Positions 9,081-19,589 of a stretch of 64,000 bases of DNA are shown here, one piece after another. Every line of letters starts with the position of its first letter. Within the stretch, counting starts at the first letter, position 1. The translations under genes were made by a program, and so were the position numbers. The DNA is taken from NCBI GenBank assembly GCA_017882335.1, contig JADGPR010000001.1, positions 27,172 to 91,171 of the forward strand, in the 5' to 3' direction. Source of the stretch: Bacteroidales bacterium. GTDB lineage: Bacteria; Bacteroidota; Bacteroidia; Bacteroidales; FEN-979. The notes beneath the pieces are model-generated. The model was given only the letters and a program-made list of their open reading frames with translations. It ran no database searches and was not told where the DNA came from.

Positions 9081-9797
9081 TCAGATCGTGCGGATTAGTT
9101 TTTCGAATTCGGCCTTGAAATTGGTTCCAATGGGAATGAAGCGTTCTCTTAGTTTAACCTGGTTTCCTTCAATAAGTTCGATCTTGGAGAGCGACACGAT
9201 AAAGGATTTATGGATCCTGGGAAATTGTTTGGGAGATAACAGGTTTTCCAGGTTTTTCATCGAATGATAACTGATGACCATCCGGTCGGTCGTATAGATC
9301 TTTACATAATCCCCGAGGGCTTCTATATAGAGGATATCGTTAAGGCTGATGCGGTAGGTTTTTTTGCTTGATTTTACAAAAATGTACTGATCTTCCTGGG
9401 TTTCACCGGAAGTTTTTGCCGACAAGGAATGCTCCCATGGTTTGAGAATGTCCTGAACTTTTTGAATGGCCTTCAGAAACCGCTCCATTCCAAACGGCTT
9501 CATCAGGTAATCCACCACATCCAACTCATATCCCTGGATGGCAAATTCGGCATAGGCAGTTGTGATGATGACCAGCGGGGGATTTTTCAGGATGCGGAGA
9601 AATTCCAATCCTGTGAGTTTGGGCATGTTGATGTCAAGAAAGATCAGGTCAATTTTTTTTTCTTTCAGGATTTCCATTGCATCCAGCGCATTGTCGCATT
9701 TCTGCACCAGTTCAAGGGCTGGAATATCCTGTATATACCGCTCAAGAACTCGCTGTGCAAGTGGTTCATCATCAATAACCAGGCATTTGATCTTCAT
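9081..9797 (-). CDS. LytR/AlgR (LytTR) family response regulator
   Basis: REC domain (CLVIDDEPLA...DLIFLDINMP) plus a C-terminal LytTR domain (RIHKSFIVSL). Confidence 0.9.
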   Translation of the reverse strand: MKIKCLVIDDEPLAQRVLERYIQDIPALELVQKCDNALDAMEILKEKKIDLIFLDINMPKLTGLEFLRILKNPPLVIITTAYAEFAIQGYELDVVDYLMKPFGMERFLKAIQKVQDILKPWEHSLSAKTSGETQEDQYIFVKSSKKTYRISLNDILYIEALGDYVKIYTTDRMVISYHSMKNLENLLSPKQFPRIHKSFIVSLSKIELIEGNQVKLRERFIPIGTNFKAEFEKLIRTI

Positions 9798-10936
9798 GAC
9801 AACTCAAGGGTTAGTTCTACTTCGAATACATCACCGGTATCGGAAATTTTCAATTCATGCTTTGAGGGATAAAGGAGGTTGAGGCGCTTTCTTACATTTG
9901 CCAGTCCAATTCCTTCACTATTCCCGTTGACCTGTCCGGGAAAATTATATTTTTTGTTTTTTATGGAGAACGAGATTTTATCCTGATGAGACAGGTCGAA
10001 CAATATCCGGATAAATGATGGATTATCTTTTTCTTTAACCACATGTTTGAATGCATTTTCGACAAAGGGGATAAACAGCAAAGGTGCAATCATAAGTTCC
10101 GTATGTTTTCCCTTTATTTCCATTTCGATCTTTATTTTCTCATCGGTCCTCAGCCGTTCCAGGTAAATATAATTCTGAAGAAAGTCCAGCTGCCTTTCCA
10201 TGGATACATAATCATCGCGTGTCTCATAAAGGATGTACCGCATTAATTCCGATAATTTGAGGATCAGCTCAGGTGCTTTTTCCGACCTGTCCAGGCTTAG
10301 CGAGTAAATGCTGTTCAGGGTATTAAAGAAAAAATGAGGGTTGATCTGTGCTTTCAATGCCCGCAATTCGGATTCCACATTCTCACGCTCAATTTCCTTG
10401 ATCCTTAGGTTTGCATCTTGCAGGTCAATGGAATCACGGGTAAATTTGATCAGGGTAGTAATGACCAGAAACATCAGTACCAGGATGAATTCCGCGACCA
10501 TCTCGTTCAGGAAATTTGGGTGTTTCCCCTCGAATGCCATGGAGACAAAGTAATTCAGGCAGATGAAAAGCGAAATGTTTGACATCTCAAGCAAAGAAAA
10601 GAGAAGATATCGGCGCTTTTTAAAGAAAAGAGGTAATAAAATGAGAAGGTTAATATAAACCGAAACAGCAAGAAACAGCAACGTAATAATAATGTTAATG
10701 GCCGTCTGGAAATCCATGGCCTGTAACCTGAAATGCCGTGTAAGAAATATCAACACGACAAATAGTACCAGGCTTAATACCCAGAAGAGGAGATGCATCA
10801 GGATGCTGCCAAAACGTACCTTACGCGGAATTTCTTGAATCATCATAGCAGGGCTTAGTTTTATTTTCAAATATCCAAAAAATCTCAACGAATTCAAAGA
10901 AATTTTGATGTTTTTGCTGTTTTCACTGATCAACAT
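9794..10936 (-). CDS. LytS-type sensor histidine kinase (membrane). The true start may be the internal MMIQEIPRK near 10846.
   Basis: Several TM helices, followed by the His_kinase motif LKAQINPHFFFNTLNSI and an HATPase region. Its stop overlaps the downstream response-regulator start by 4 nt (ATGA). Confidence 0.85.
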   Translation of the reverse strand: MLISENSKNIKISLNSLRFFGYLKIKLSPAMMIQEIPRKVRFGSILMHLLFWVLSLVLFVVLIFLTRHFRLQAMDFQTAINIIITLLFLAVSVYINLLILLPLFFKKRRYLLFSLLEMSNISLFICLNYFVSMAFEGKHPNFLNEMVAEFILVLMFLVITTLIKFTRDSIDLQDANLRIKEIERENVESELRALKAQINPHFFFNTLNSIYSLSLDRSEKAPELILKLSELMRYILYETRDDYVSMERQLDFLQNYIYLERLRTDEKIKIEMEIKGKHTELMIAPLLFIPFVENAFKHVVKEKDNPSFIRILFDLSHQDKISFSIKNKKYNFPGQVNGNSEGIGLANVRKRLNLLYPSKHELKISDTGDVFEVELTLELS

Positions 10937-11095
10937 CCGTTTTCGTTCGTTAAACCGAAAAAGGAATTAAGCAGGGAAAAGTACCAACTTATCGACTTTT
11001 AACCGTATTAATCTAAAAAAATTGCCCGGGTTTTTTCTTCTGCGTAATATTGCAAAAAAATATTCAGAGTAATAATCGTTATAAAATCGGATAAA

Positions 11096-13279
11096 ATGAA
11101 GAACAAAATTGTTTTCCTGGCCATCCTCCTGGTTTTTTCTGCAGGAGCCAAACTGTTTTCAGAGAACCCGCCCGATGAAGGAATGTGGCTTCCTATTCTC
11201 GTTGAACGCCTGAATTATGTGGACATGGAAAAAATGGGATTGCATCTTACCGTCCAGGAATTATACGACATTAACCACTCCAGCCTGAAAGACGCCATTG
11301 TCGGGCTGTCGGGTAGCGGCGCTGCTTCAGGTGGTTTCTTTTGTACAGCAGAAGTTGTTTCGGGCGAAGGCTTGCTGTTTACCAACCACCACTGTGGATT
11401 CAATGCAGTGCAGAACCATAGCTCTCCCGAACATGATTATCTTACCGATGGATTCTGGGCCACGTCGAATAAAGAAGAACTGTCAAATGAAAATCTCTGT
11501 GCTTCATTCCTGGTACGCATGGAAAATGTTACAGACTCCATTATCCCCTTTCTTTCGGATACGCTGAAAGAATCGGCCCGTTCGGATAAGGTTAAAGAAC
11601 TCACAGCAAAAATGAAAAAGAGGGCTGCTGAAAACGGAAAATACGAAGTCAGTGTAAAGGCCTTCTATGGTGGCAATGAATATTATCTCTTTGTCTTTAA
11701 AACTTACAAAGACATACGGCTGGTAGGTGCACCTCCTTCTTCCATTGGGAAATTCGGCGGTGACACTGACAACTGGATGTGGCCCAGGCATACCTGCGAT
11801 TTCACCGTATTCCGGATCTATGCTGATTCAACTGGAGATCCATCCGCCTACAACGAAAAAAATGTTCCCCTGAAACCCAAATATCACTTGCCTATCAGCC
11901 TGAAAGGGGTAAAGAAAAACGATTTTGCCATGATCTGGGGATATCCGGGAGGTACAACCCGTTACCTTACTTCCTACGGAATGGAATTCAACGTGAATAC
12001 GTTCTATCCCACCTTAATCAAGATTTTCGGGAAAGAACTGGAAGTCATGAAAGAACGGATGGACGTGGACAAGAAAGTTAAAATTGATTATGCAGGAAAC
12101 TATGCCGGGATTGCCAATACCTGGAAGAATTTTATCGGGCAATCAAAAATGCTGGTTAAAAATAAAGTGGAGGACAAAAAGAAAGCCATTGAATCTGAAT
12201 TTACCAATTGGTACAGCAAGTCGCCCGAATTGCAGAAAAAATATGGGACGGTTCTTGACAACATAAAAAACGGGTACAGCAAGATGAACAAAGTCGTCAT
12301 TCCTTTCTTTTATTCAAATATCGCGGGGATGGGATTGGATGCGGTTCAGTTCGTGGGTCAGTTCGGCAGCCTGAAATCAGCCTTGGAAAAAAAGAACAAA
12401 GCCGCTATTAAAGAATCGGTTGAAGGGTTGAAAACTACAACCAAAGAACATTTCAAAGACATCGATCCGGTTGTTTCTCAAAAAACCATGGCCGAGCTCT
12501 TAAAGCTTTACGCACAAAATGTTCCAAAAGACCAGTTGCCTTCGGTCTTCGCGCTGATCGAAAAAGATTATCATAATGATTTCAATGCTTTCGCCGACGC
12601 TGTTTTCAAGACATCTGTCTTTGTTACCGAAGCAAATGCTATGGCGTTTCTCAATAAGCCGGGTATGAAAGTCTTTAAGAAAGACCTGGTTTCAATTATG
12701 GCTCAATCGTTCCAGGATGCAACCGGAAAATATGCTGCTGCCTATGGCGAAGCAAGAACGTCCATTTCAGCCGGGAATCGTCATTTTATTGCCGGTCTTC
12801 GCGAAATGAATCCGAAACTGGTGGCCTACCCTGATGCCAATTCAACCTTGCGTATGTCCTATGGGCAGGTTCTGGATTATTTCCCTGCAGATGCCGTACA
12901 TTATGAATATTTTACAACCATGAAAGGCGTGATGCAGAAAGAAGACCCGAACAACGATGAATTTATCGTGCCTGATAAGCTGAAGGAACTTTATAAAGCA
13001 AAGGATTTTGGACAATATAGTGAGAATGGGGAAATGATTACCTGCTTCCTTACTAACAACGATATTACCGGCGGAAACTCCGGAAGCCCTGTCATTAACG
13101 GAAACGGACAGTTGATCGGGCTGGCGTTCGATGGTAACTGGGAGGCAATGAGCGGAGATATTTCGTTTGAACCCGATCTGCAGCGAACTATCAATGTGGA
13201 TATTCGGTATGTCCTTTTCATCATCGATAAATTTGCCGGTGATACTAACATCATCAAAGAACTTACCCTGGTAAAATAA
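11096..13279 (+). CDS. S46 family dipeptidyl-peptidase (DPP7-type)
   Basis: Signal peptide, the DEGMWLP motif, catalytic His in LFTNHHCG and catalytic Ser in TGGNSGSPV. The product is 727 aa. Confidence 0.9.
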   Translation: MKNKIVFLAILLVFSAGAKLFSENPPDEGMWLPILVERLNYVDMEKMGLHLTVQELYDINHSSLKDAIVGLSGSGAASGGFFCTAEVVSGEGLLFTNHHCGFNAVQNHSSPEHDYLTDGFWATSNKEELSNENLCASFLVRMENVTDSIIPFLSDTLKESARSDKVKELTAKMKKRAAENGKYEVSVKAFYGGNEYYLFVFKTYKDIRLVGAPPSSIGKFGGDTDNWMWPRHTCDFTVFRIYADSTGDPSAYNEKNVPLKPKYHLPISLKGVKKNDFAMIWGYPGGTTRYLTSYGMEFNVNTFYPTLIKIFGKELEVMKERMDVDKKVKIDYAGNYAGIANTWKNFIGQSKMLVKNKVEDKKKAIESEFTNWYSKSPELQKKYGTVLDNIKNGYSKMNKVVIPFFYSNIAGMGLDAVQFVGQFGSLKSALEKKNKAAIKESVEGLKTTTKEHFKDIDPVVSQKTMAELLKLYAQNVPKDQLPSVFALIEKDYHNDFNAFADAVFKTSVFVTEANAMAFLNKPGMKVFKKDLVSIMAQSFQDATGKYAAAYGEARTSISAGNRHFIAGLREMNPKLVAYPDANSTLRMSYGQVLDYFPADAVHYEYFTTMKGVMQKEDPNNDEFIVPDKLKELYKAKDFGQYSENGEMITCFLTNNDITGGNSGSPVINGNGQLIGLAFDGNWEAMSGDISFEPDLQRTINVDIRYVLFIIDKFAGDTNIIKELTLVK

Positions 13280-13281
13280 AA

Positions 13282-13305
13282 CAACAGCTCCATTTATAGC
13301 TGTTG
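13282..13305. terminator. Hairpin shared by the convergent genes dpp7-like and the 13294.. gene
   Basis: Stem caacagct (13282-13289) pairs with agctgttg (13298-13305). An A-rich tract lies upstream (aaaataaaa), which reads as a T-tract for the minus-strand gene. The hairpin overlaps the minus-strand stop codon. Confidence 0.4.
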
Positions 13306-14649
13306 CCTGTACAATGTCTTGTTATCCGGATCGCCAAGGACATCATACATGTAATAAACCCGGTCTTTATAAATTCTGATCTTTTGTGGATAAGGATGCA
13401 TGAGGGTGAGTATCTTATGAAGATCCCCTGTGTTAAGGTCAATCCGGTAGATGCCGGTCCCGGTACTTTTTAAGAATGTTGTATAAACTTTCGACTGGTT
13501 TTCATCCAGGAAAATATCACCCGACCATCTTCCGTCTTTGATTAAATCTATATTGATTTTCAGTTTATATGAAAAATTCCCTTCCGTATCAAAGAATTCA
13601 AGCTGTTTGGCCGGTATATCGAATATGCAGATGAAATTGCCGATTTTATAAAGGGCGGTTTTCAGCGGACGGTATAAAACCTTATGGGTAAAGTTCCATT
13701 CATTGAATTCTTTTCTATACAGGGTTAGTTCGTCCCGGCTCATAACCGCCTCCCTTTCCATATTGTTTAACTGAGCAAGATAATCGGGTTGACTACTGAT
13801 CAGGGACCATGTATCTTCGGGGTTTCTCCTCAGCATTTTCATCTTTTGTTCATCAACCACCTGTGTTAGTTCTTGTTTCTTTTTAGTGACCTTGTCAATT
13901 CCGTAATACTGTACACCCTGCCCAAGACTGATCATTTTTTTAAAGAAAAGGACCTGGTTTGTCGATGCCACGCAATTGGCAAGCACATCATTGAATTTTG
14001 CCATACCCACCGCATGGATCATCTGGAGAGCCTTATCCTTCCTGTATACTTGGAATACAGAATCCCTCCCGACCACATGAAGATAACCAAGACAATCCTT
14101 CAGTAGGGAAGTGGGCGTGAAGAACAGTATTCCGGATCGTGCTACCGTATCCCCTTCCAGGTTCCTGCAGATCAATTCTTCCTTTGATACACGATTCCTG
14201 TAAACCAGCAAATACACGAACCCACTATCGATCTCATAATCCCTCAGGGTATAATGCTCATCCTTGAAAAAGGGTTCAATCCAGTTTGCCCTGATCTCCA
14301 CTTCTTTTAATTCACGGATATCTCTATCCATGTATAGAGTCATGGAATTTGATGTTCCGTCGAGAAGGATCCGCTTGGTTTTAAATCCAAGATGTCTGAC
14401 AATCATGAAGATGGGAATAGTATCGATGTAGAAGGAAAAGGCCCCTTTCTGATCAGTGACAGACCCCAGTTTCGACCCTTCAAAGGATATGTTGACATTT
14501 GCAAGCGGTCCTCTGCTATCGGACATGAATACTTTGCCGTAATAAAAACGATAATGTACCTGGCCATCAGTAGACTTCCATGATAAAAATAATGCAAGAA
14601 GAATAAGCGGAAAAAAAGGAAACAGTTTCATAAGATCCTTCATGATCAT
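13294..14649 (-). CDS. Hypothetical secreted protein with an N-terminal carboxypeptidase-regulatory-like domain
   Basis: Signal-like segment MKLFPFFPLILLALFLS. This is followed by YGKVFMSDSRGPLANVNISFEGSKLGSVTDQKGAFSF (CarboxypepD_reg-like). The rest is unrecognised, and the start codon is uncertain (14649, 14643 or 14631). Confidence 0.6.
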   Translation of the reverse strand: MIMKDLMKLFPFFPLILLALFLSWKSTDGQVHYRFYYGKVFMSDSRGPLANVNISFEGSKLGSVTDQKGAFSFYIDTIPIFMIVRHLGFKTKRILLDGTSNSMTLYMDRDIRELKEVEIRANWIEPFFKDEHYTLRDYEIDSGFVYLLVYRNRVSKEELICRNLEGDTVARSGILFFTPTSLLKDCLGYLHVVGRDSVFQVYRKDKALQMIHAVGMAKFNDVLANCVASTNQVLFFKKMISLGQGVQYYGIDKVTKKKQELTQVVDEQKMKMLRRNPEDTWSLISSQPDYLAQLNNMEREAVMSRDELTLYRKEFNEWNFTHKVLYRPLKTALYKIGNFICIFDIPAKQLEFFDTEGNFSYKLKINIDLIKDGRWSGDIFLDENQSKVYTTFLKSTGTGIYRIDLNTGDLHKILTLMHPYPQKIRIYKDRVYYMYDVLGDPDNKTLYRQQL

Positions 14650-14858
14650 CCGGTAACCAAGTCCCGATTTCTTTATTTCACCTCCGAAAGTTAAGAAAAA
14701 GAGTTCTGGTAGTGTGAAAAACACCGGATATTTTAACGGTTATATCGGATAAACCCAGCATTCAGTAGATTATCCGGCAAAGGCACTTTATTTAAGCCTG
14801 AATTATCAGTATCTTCGTGAAGTTTTTTACGTTGTATGAATGAGAACAGGCTGTTGAG

Positions 14859-15872
14859 ATGAAGAGAAGAATCAAAATTCTGATCCATATTATCTACTGG
14901 TTTTACATGATTAACCAGTTTTTGTATCCATGGTATATCAATAAAACGGATAGTTATTTCTGGACAGATACCGCGTTGAATTTTTGCTTAAGCCTGATCA
15001 ACTTTTATGCTTTCTATTTTATTCTTCCCTTTCTTATCAAGAACAGGAACATCTTCCTGAGCATTTTTACGGGAGCACTCCTTTTGTTTATTATTGCAAT
15101 CGTCCGGTATTATATCGAGGTAATTTTCTGGAAAGAAATTATTCATCTTCCACCAAAGGAGATGATGAACATCCACGAATGGTTCTATTCCGGGTTGCGT
15201 CTTTCCATTATTTCCGGAGCCTACGCCATCCTGATAAAATTCGCGATCGATTGGTTTGATACCCAGAAACTGAAGGTTGAGATGGTGAATCAGTCCCAGG
15301 CGAGCGAGTTGGCATTATTGCGTTCGCAGGTGAATCCTCATTTTCTCTTTAATACACTGAACAACATTTATTCCCTGGTTTGTAAAAAATCGCCCGATGC
15401 CCCTGAGGCCATCATGAAATTATCTTCCATTATGCGGTATATGCTCTATGATGCTAATACCGACTTTGTATTGCTGGAAAAAGAGATTGAATACCTCGAG
15501 AGTTTTATTGAACTCCAGAAACTGCGTATCCGGCATACGAATTTTGTAGAACTTAGGATTGAAGGAGAGGTGGGTAACAAAACAATCGCCCCCATGCTGT
15601 TAATCCCTTTTGTTGAAAATGCCTTCAAACACGGGAGTAAATCAGGGCCCTTGCCGGGGATCCGGATCCACCTGGTTGCAGCGCCGCATCAGCTGCTCTT
15701 TGAGGTTACAAACCATCTGAAGAAAAATTTCCTCGGACCGAAAGACACCATCGGTGGTATCGGGTTACAAAATATAAAAAGACGGCTGGAAATTCTCTAT
15801 CCCGGGAAACACTCCCTTGAAACAACGCAAGACAATGATCTATACAAGGTTAAACTATTAATACAAACATAA
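14859..15872 (+). CDS. LytS-type sensor histidine kinase
   Basis: TM helices followed by LLRSQVNPHFLFNTLNNI and an HATPase region (GGIGLQNIKRRLE). Confidence 0.85.
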   Translation: MKRRIKILIHIIYWFYMINQFLYPWYINKTDSYFWTDTALNFCLSLINFYAFYFILPFLIKNRNIFLSIFTGALLLFIIAIVRYYIEVIFWKEIIHLPPKEMMNIHEWFYSGLRLSIISGAYAILIKFAIDWFDTQKLKVEMVNQSQASELALLRSQVNPHFLFNTLNNIYSLVCKKSPDAPEAIMKLSSIMRYMLYDANTDFVLLEKEIEYLESFIELQKLRIRHTNFVELRIEGEVGNKTIAPMLLIPFVENAFKHGSKSGPLPGIRIHLVAAPHQLLFEVTNHLKKNFLGPKDTIGGIGLQNIKRRLEILYPGKHSLETTQDNDLYKVKLLIQT

Positions 15873-16597
15873 TGAAGATAAATTGTATTGCGATCGACGA
15901 TGAACCTTTGGCGCTGGATATCATTCGTGATTATTGTTCAAGGCTCCCTTTTCTGAACCTGGAAAAAACCTTTGAAAATGCATTGGATTCGATCGAATAT
16001 ATACGGGATCATCCCCTCGATCTTCTTTTTCTTGATATTCAGATGGAGGAACTCTCGGGGATTCAGCTGCTGAATTCATTGAGCCACCGGCCTTACGTGA
16101 TTTTCACCACCGCTTACGATTCCTATGCGTTGCAGGGGTTTGAACTGGACGTGATGGACTACCTGTTAAAACCCATTTCCTTCGAGCGGTTTGTTAAAGG
16201 AGTGAACAAGGTATATGAAAAGGTAAAGGCCGACCAGAAAATTAACAGTTCTTCTGAAAATATTCTGACGATCACCTCGGGTGATCCTTTCTTTTTTGTA
16301 AAAACGGAAACACGGATCGAAAAGATCCGCTATGCTGATGTTCTTTTTATTGAAGGAATGGGGGATTACTGGCGCATCATTACCTCTTCGAAAAAGATCA
16401 TGAGCCTTTTGAACTATAAAAAACTGGAGGAGATCCTTCCCAAAAATCAGTTTGTCAGGGTTCACAAGTCATTTATCGTTGCCCTCGATAAAATCGACAG
16501 TGTGGAGCGGAACCGTATCAAAATCGGCGACCGGCTGATCCCCATCAGTGAAACATACCGAAAAACCTTCTTCGACCGGATTGAAAAGAAAACATAA
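15872..16597 (+). CDS. LytR/AlgR (LytTR) family response regulator
   Basis: REC domain (CIAIDDEPLA...LLFLDIQM) plus LytTR domain (RVHKSFIVAL). The start overlaps the upstream kinase stop by 1 nt. Confidence 0.9.
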   Translation: MKINCIAIDDEPLALDIIRDYCSRLPFLNLEKTFENALDSIEYIRDHPLDLLFLDIQMEELSGIQLLNSLSHRPYVIFTTAYDSYALQGFELDVMDYLLKPISFERFVKGVNKVYEKVKADQKINSSSENILTITSGDPFFFVKTETRIEKIRYADVLFIEGMGDYWRIITSSKKIMSLLNYKKLEEILPKNQFVRVHKSFIVALDKIDSVERNRIKIGDRLIPISETYRKTFFDRIEKKT

Positions 16598-16668
16598 TAT
16601 AGGCAGGAAAATTCAAGCCACCCAGAAGTAAAATAATCTATTCACCAAGATCCAATGTGAAGGGATCA

Positions 16669-18825
16669 TTAATTTACAAGCACAAAATCCATCTGTTTTC
16701 TTGGCAGGTCAACTTTTTTTACCTTTATTTTGACTTTACCCCCAAGTTTGTATTGCTGTCCTTTTCGTGAACCGATCACCTGATAATTCTCCTCATCCAG
16801 GTAATAAAAATCATCGTTCATGTCCCTCAACCGGATCATACCTTCGCACTTGGTTCCTACAATCTCGACAAAGATTCCCCATTTGCTCACCCCGGAGACC
16901 AGTCCGTCAAAGATCTGGCCTACTTTATCCATCATGAATTCTGCCTGTTTATATTTTACAGACATGCGTTCTGCGCTTTCGGCTTTTCTTTCCATTTCAG
17001 ATGAATGGTCACACTTACTTTCATATTCCTCCCGGTTGGCTGATTTCCCTTTTGAAAGATATTCCTGCAGCAGCCGGTGAACCATGAGGTCGGGATAACG
17101 GCGGATCGGTGAGGTAAAATGGGTATAGTACGGGAAGGAAAGCCCATAATGCCCTATATTTGTGGTAGTATAGAATGCTTTTGCCATGGTTCGAACTGCG
17201 ATTGTTTCCACCATGTTTTCTTCGCCCTTCCCTTTGATCTGGTCAAAAAGGCGGTTGAACGACTCGGCAAGGCTCTTGCGGTTCGTGAAATTGATCTTAT
17301 AACCCAACTTGGCGATAAACCGGGTAAAATTCTCCAGCTTCTCGGGGACAGGGCTGTCGTGTACCCGGTAAACAAATGTTTTGGGATCTGTATTCCCTTT
17401 TTTCTTTCCCACCCATTCAGCCACCTTACGGTTGGCCAGAAGCATGAAATCTTCTATCAGTTTATTTGCGTCTTTCATTTCCCGGAGATAAATTTCCACC
17501 GGTTTCCCTTTCGGGTCAAGTTTAAATCTTACTTCCTGTGTCTCAAAGTTGAACGATCCTTTCCGGAAACGTTCTTCCCTCAGTTTCGTGGCAAGTTTAT
17601 TGAAAACCAGGATCTCTTCTGCATGATCTCCTTTCCCTGATTCAATGATTTCCTGCACTTCCTCGTAATTGAAACGCCGGTTGGAATGGATGATCGTTTT
17701 CCCGAACCACTCATTGATAATACATGCATTTTTGTCTATTTCGAATACGGCGGAAAAACAAAGGCGGTCTTTGTCCGGCTGCAAAGAACACAACTGGTTG
17801 GATAATCGTTCGGGAAGCATCGGGATCACCCGGTCGACCAGGTAAATGGAGGTCCCACGCACATATGCTTCTTTATCAATGGCTGTTCCGGACTTGACAT
17901 AATAGGAAACATCTGCAATATGAACCCCAATTTCCCAGTTGCCGTTTTGTAGCTTTTTCAGTGAAATGGCATCATCAAAGTCTTTCGCATCGGCCGGGTC
18001 GATGGTGATGGTTAAAACATCCCTGAAATCCTTCCTGTTGCGGATCTCCTCCTGTGGAATGCCAACCAGAAACTGTTCTGCTTCCTGTTCAGATGCCGGG
18101 GAAAAAAACAGCGGAAATTCAAATTCGGCCAGGATCGAATCCATTTCCACATCATTGTTTCCCGGCATTCCCAGTACATGCTTGATTTCGCCAAAGGGGT
18201 TTTCCGACTGAGGGGGCCATTCTGTTATCTCAGCAACGACCTTTTGGCCGTTCTTTGCGCCATTCAGGTGTGTCAATGGGATAAAAATATGCACCGGCAT
18301 GGAGGGATTGTCGGGGATAAGAAAAGCAAAGTTCCTTGATACCTCTATGGTTCCGACGAACTGTTTTTTATTTCTTTTAAGGATCTCGACTACTTGTCCC
18401 TCCGTTTTTTTCCCTTTTCTTCTCGGGAATAATAGCACTTTGACCTTGTCGCCATGAAGGGAATGCGCAGTACTGGTAGCGGAAATGAATATATCTTCAC
18501 TTTTATCATCCGGAATGACATACGCTTTTCCGGTTTGTTTCATATCGATGGTGCCGCTTATATATGCGGTTCCTTTGTGTGGAAACTTCTCGCTTTGTTT
18601 GTTTAACTGGTATGAGCCATGTTTACTCTCTTCCAGTTCCCCGCTTTTTGTAAGCTGCTCAATAATACCCCTGACCAGTTCTTTACTTGCATTATCACTA
18701 ACTCCCAGCCGGGTAGCAACCTGTATGTAACTGAACTTGCTGAGCGGATTGCTCAGGAATACTTCCATCACACTTTTTACAAACGTGTTTGCGCTCTCGT
18801 ACGATTTTCTATTCTTTTTACTCAT
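16669..18825 (-). CDS. rnr: Ribonuclease R
   Basis: 718 aa. Contains an RNB catalytic region (TIDPADAKDFDDAIS) and a C-terminal S1 domain (GLVSGVSKWGIFVEI). Confidence 0.9.
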   Translation of the reverse strand: MSKKNRKSYESANTFVKSVMEVFLSNPLSKFSYIQVATRLGVSDNASKELVRGIIEQLTKSGELEESKHGSYQLNKQSEKFPHKGTAYISGTIDMKQTGKAYVIPDDKSEDIFISATSTAHSLHGDKVKVLLFPRRKGKKTEGQVVEILKRNKKQFVGTIEVSRNFAFLIPDNPSMPVHIFIPLTHLNGAKNGQKVVAEITEWPPQSENPFGEIKHVLGMPGNNDVEMDSILAEFEFPLFFSPASEQEAEQFLVGIPQEEIRNRKDFRDVLTITIDPADAKDFDDAISLKKLQNGNWEIGVHIADVSYYVKSGTAIDKEAYVRGTSIYLVDRVIPMLPERLSNQLCSLQPDKDRLCFSAVFEIDKNACIINEWFGKTIIHSNRRFNYEEVQEIIESGKGDHAEEILVFNKLATKLREERFRKGSFNFETQEVRFKLDPKGKPVEIYLREMKDANKLIEDFMLLANRKVAEWVGKKKGNTDPKTFVYRVHDSPVPEKLENFTRFIAKLGYKINFTNRKSLAESFNRLFDQIKGKGEENMVETIAVRTMAKAFYTTTNIGHYGLSFPYYTHFTSPIRRYPDLMVHRLLQEYLSKGKSANREEYESKCDHSSEMERKAESAERMSVKYKQAEFMMDKVGQIFDGLVSGVSKWGIFVEIVGTKCEGMIRLRDMNDDFYYLDEENYQVIGSRKGQQYKLGGKVKIKVKKVDLPRKQMDFVLVN

Positions 18826-18910
18826 TCTATCGCTGTTTTCTTTTAGTGTAGTAAAAGTAATACATTTAGGGCACTGTCCTGGTTTCTTCTTCCCCTGTGC
18901 TATTCATCAG

Positions 18911-18952
18911 AAAATAAAAAAGGAAGCCGACCATGCGGTCAGCCTCCTTTTT
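18911..18952. terminator. Imperfect GC-rich hairpin flanked by A- and T-tracts. Probable terminator of the 19200..19589 gene.
   Basis: The sequence aaaataaaaa-aggaagccgacc-atgc-ggtcagcctcct-ttttatt pairs 9 of 11 stem positions. Confidence 0.4.
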
Positions 18953-19199
18953 ATTCGCCTGTTCAAAGGCCAGGAAGAAGAATTATCAGGATGTGAAATC
19001 AGGAGGGAATTTTGATAACTTATTGTTATCTTTGGCGGCGGAATTTTTGAATTTAATATAGCTACATATTTTATTCCATCACGATCCCTTCTCCACCCTG
19101 GCCTTTTGCAGGTTATCTTTCGTTTCTTTTTTTCGTTTTTATTGGTTAATACTTATTTATCTGTATTTCTTTTAGGATGATCTATCTGATTATGGTTTG

Positions 19200-19589
19200 T
19201 TAATTCGTCCAGACGGAAACGTTGGTTGGATTATTTGTTTGGGTATAGACGCCCCACTGATATACATCAATTGGCATAGTCAAGGTTTCTCCGGCAGGAA
19301 TTATGAATGGCCCAAGGATAACAGACTGGTCAAGACGGTAAATATAAACCGTAATAGAGGATAATTCATTAGTAACATTTGATTTGCTTCCGGCTCCGTC
19401 ATTGGAAACATTTATATCCCGTTTCTCCTTGCTCGGATCATAATTGCCGAGAATAGAATTGTCTTCCTGGAAATAAGCATTATTTGCCACGGGAACATTG
19501 TAGGAAGGGATAGGGTTGGCCCCTTTAGCTTTAGCAAAAACGGCTGTAACCATCAGGATCGAAATTGTTAAAAGGAATATCTTTTTCAT
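19200..19589 (-). CDS. Small secreted hypothetical protein
   Basis: 129 aa with signal peptide MKKIFLLTISILMVTAVFA. No motif recognised. Confidence 0.55.
   Translation of the reverse strand: MKKIFLLTISILMVTAVFAKAKGANPIPSYNVPVANNAYFQEDNSILGNYDPSKEKRDINVSNDGAGSKSNVTNELSSITVYIYRLDQSVILGPFIIPAGETLTMPIDVYQWGVYTQTNNPTNVSVWTN

Noticed and set aside
18964-19106. A long-range 10-bp inverted repeat (aaaggccagg / cctggccttt) enclosing a gataac-ttatt-gttatc hairpin, between rnr and the 129-aa gene. It could be a possible sRNA or a structured 3' UTR.
   Set aside because: The stems are short and could arise by chance. I recognise no covariation or known RNA family. I note it only as a place to look in RNA-seq data.
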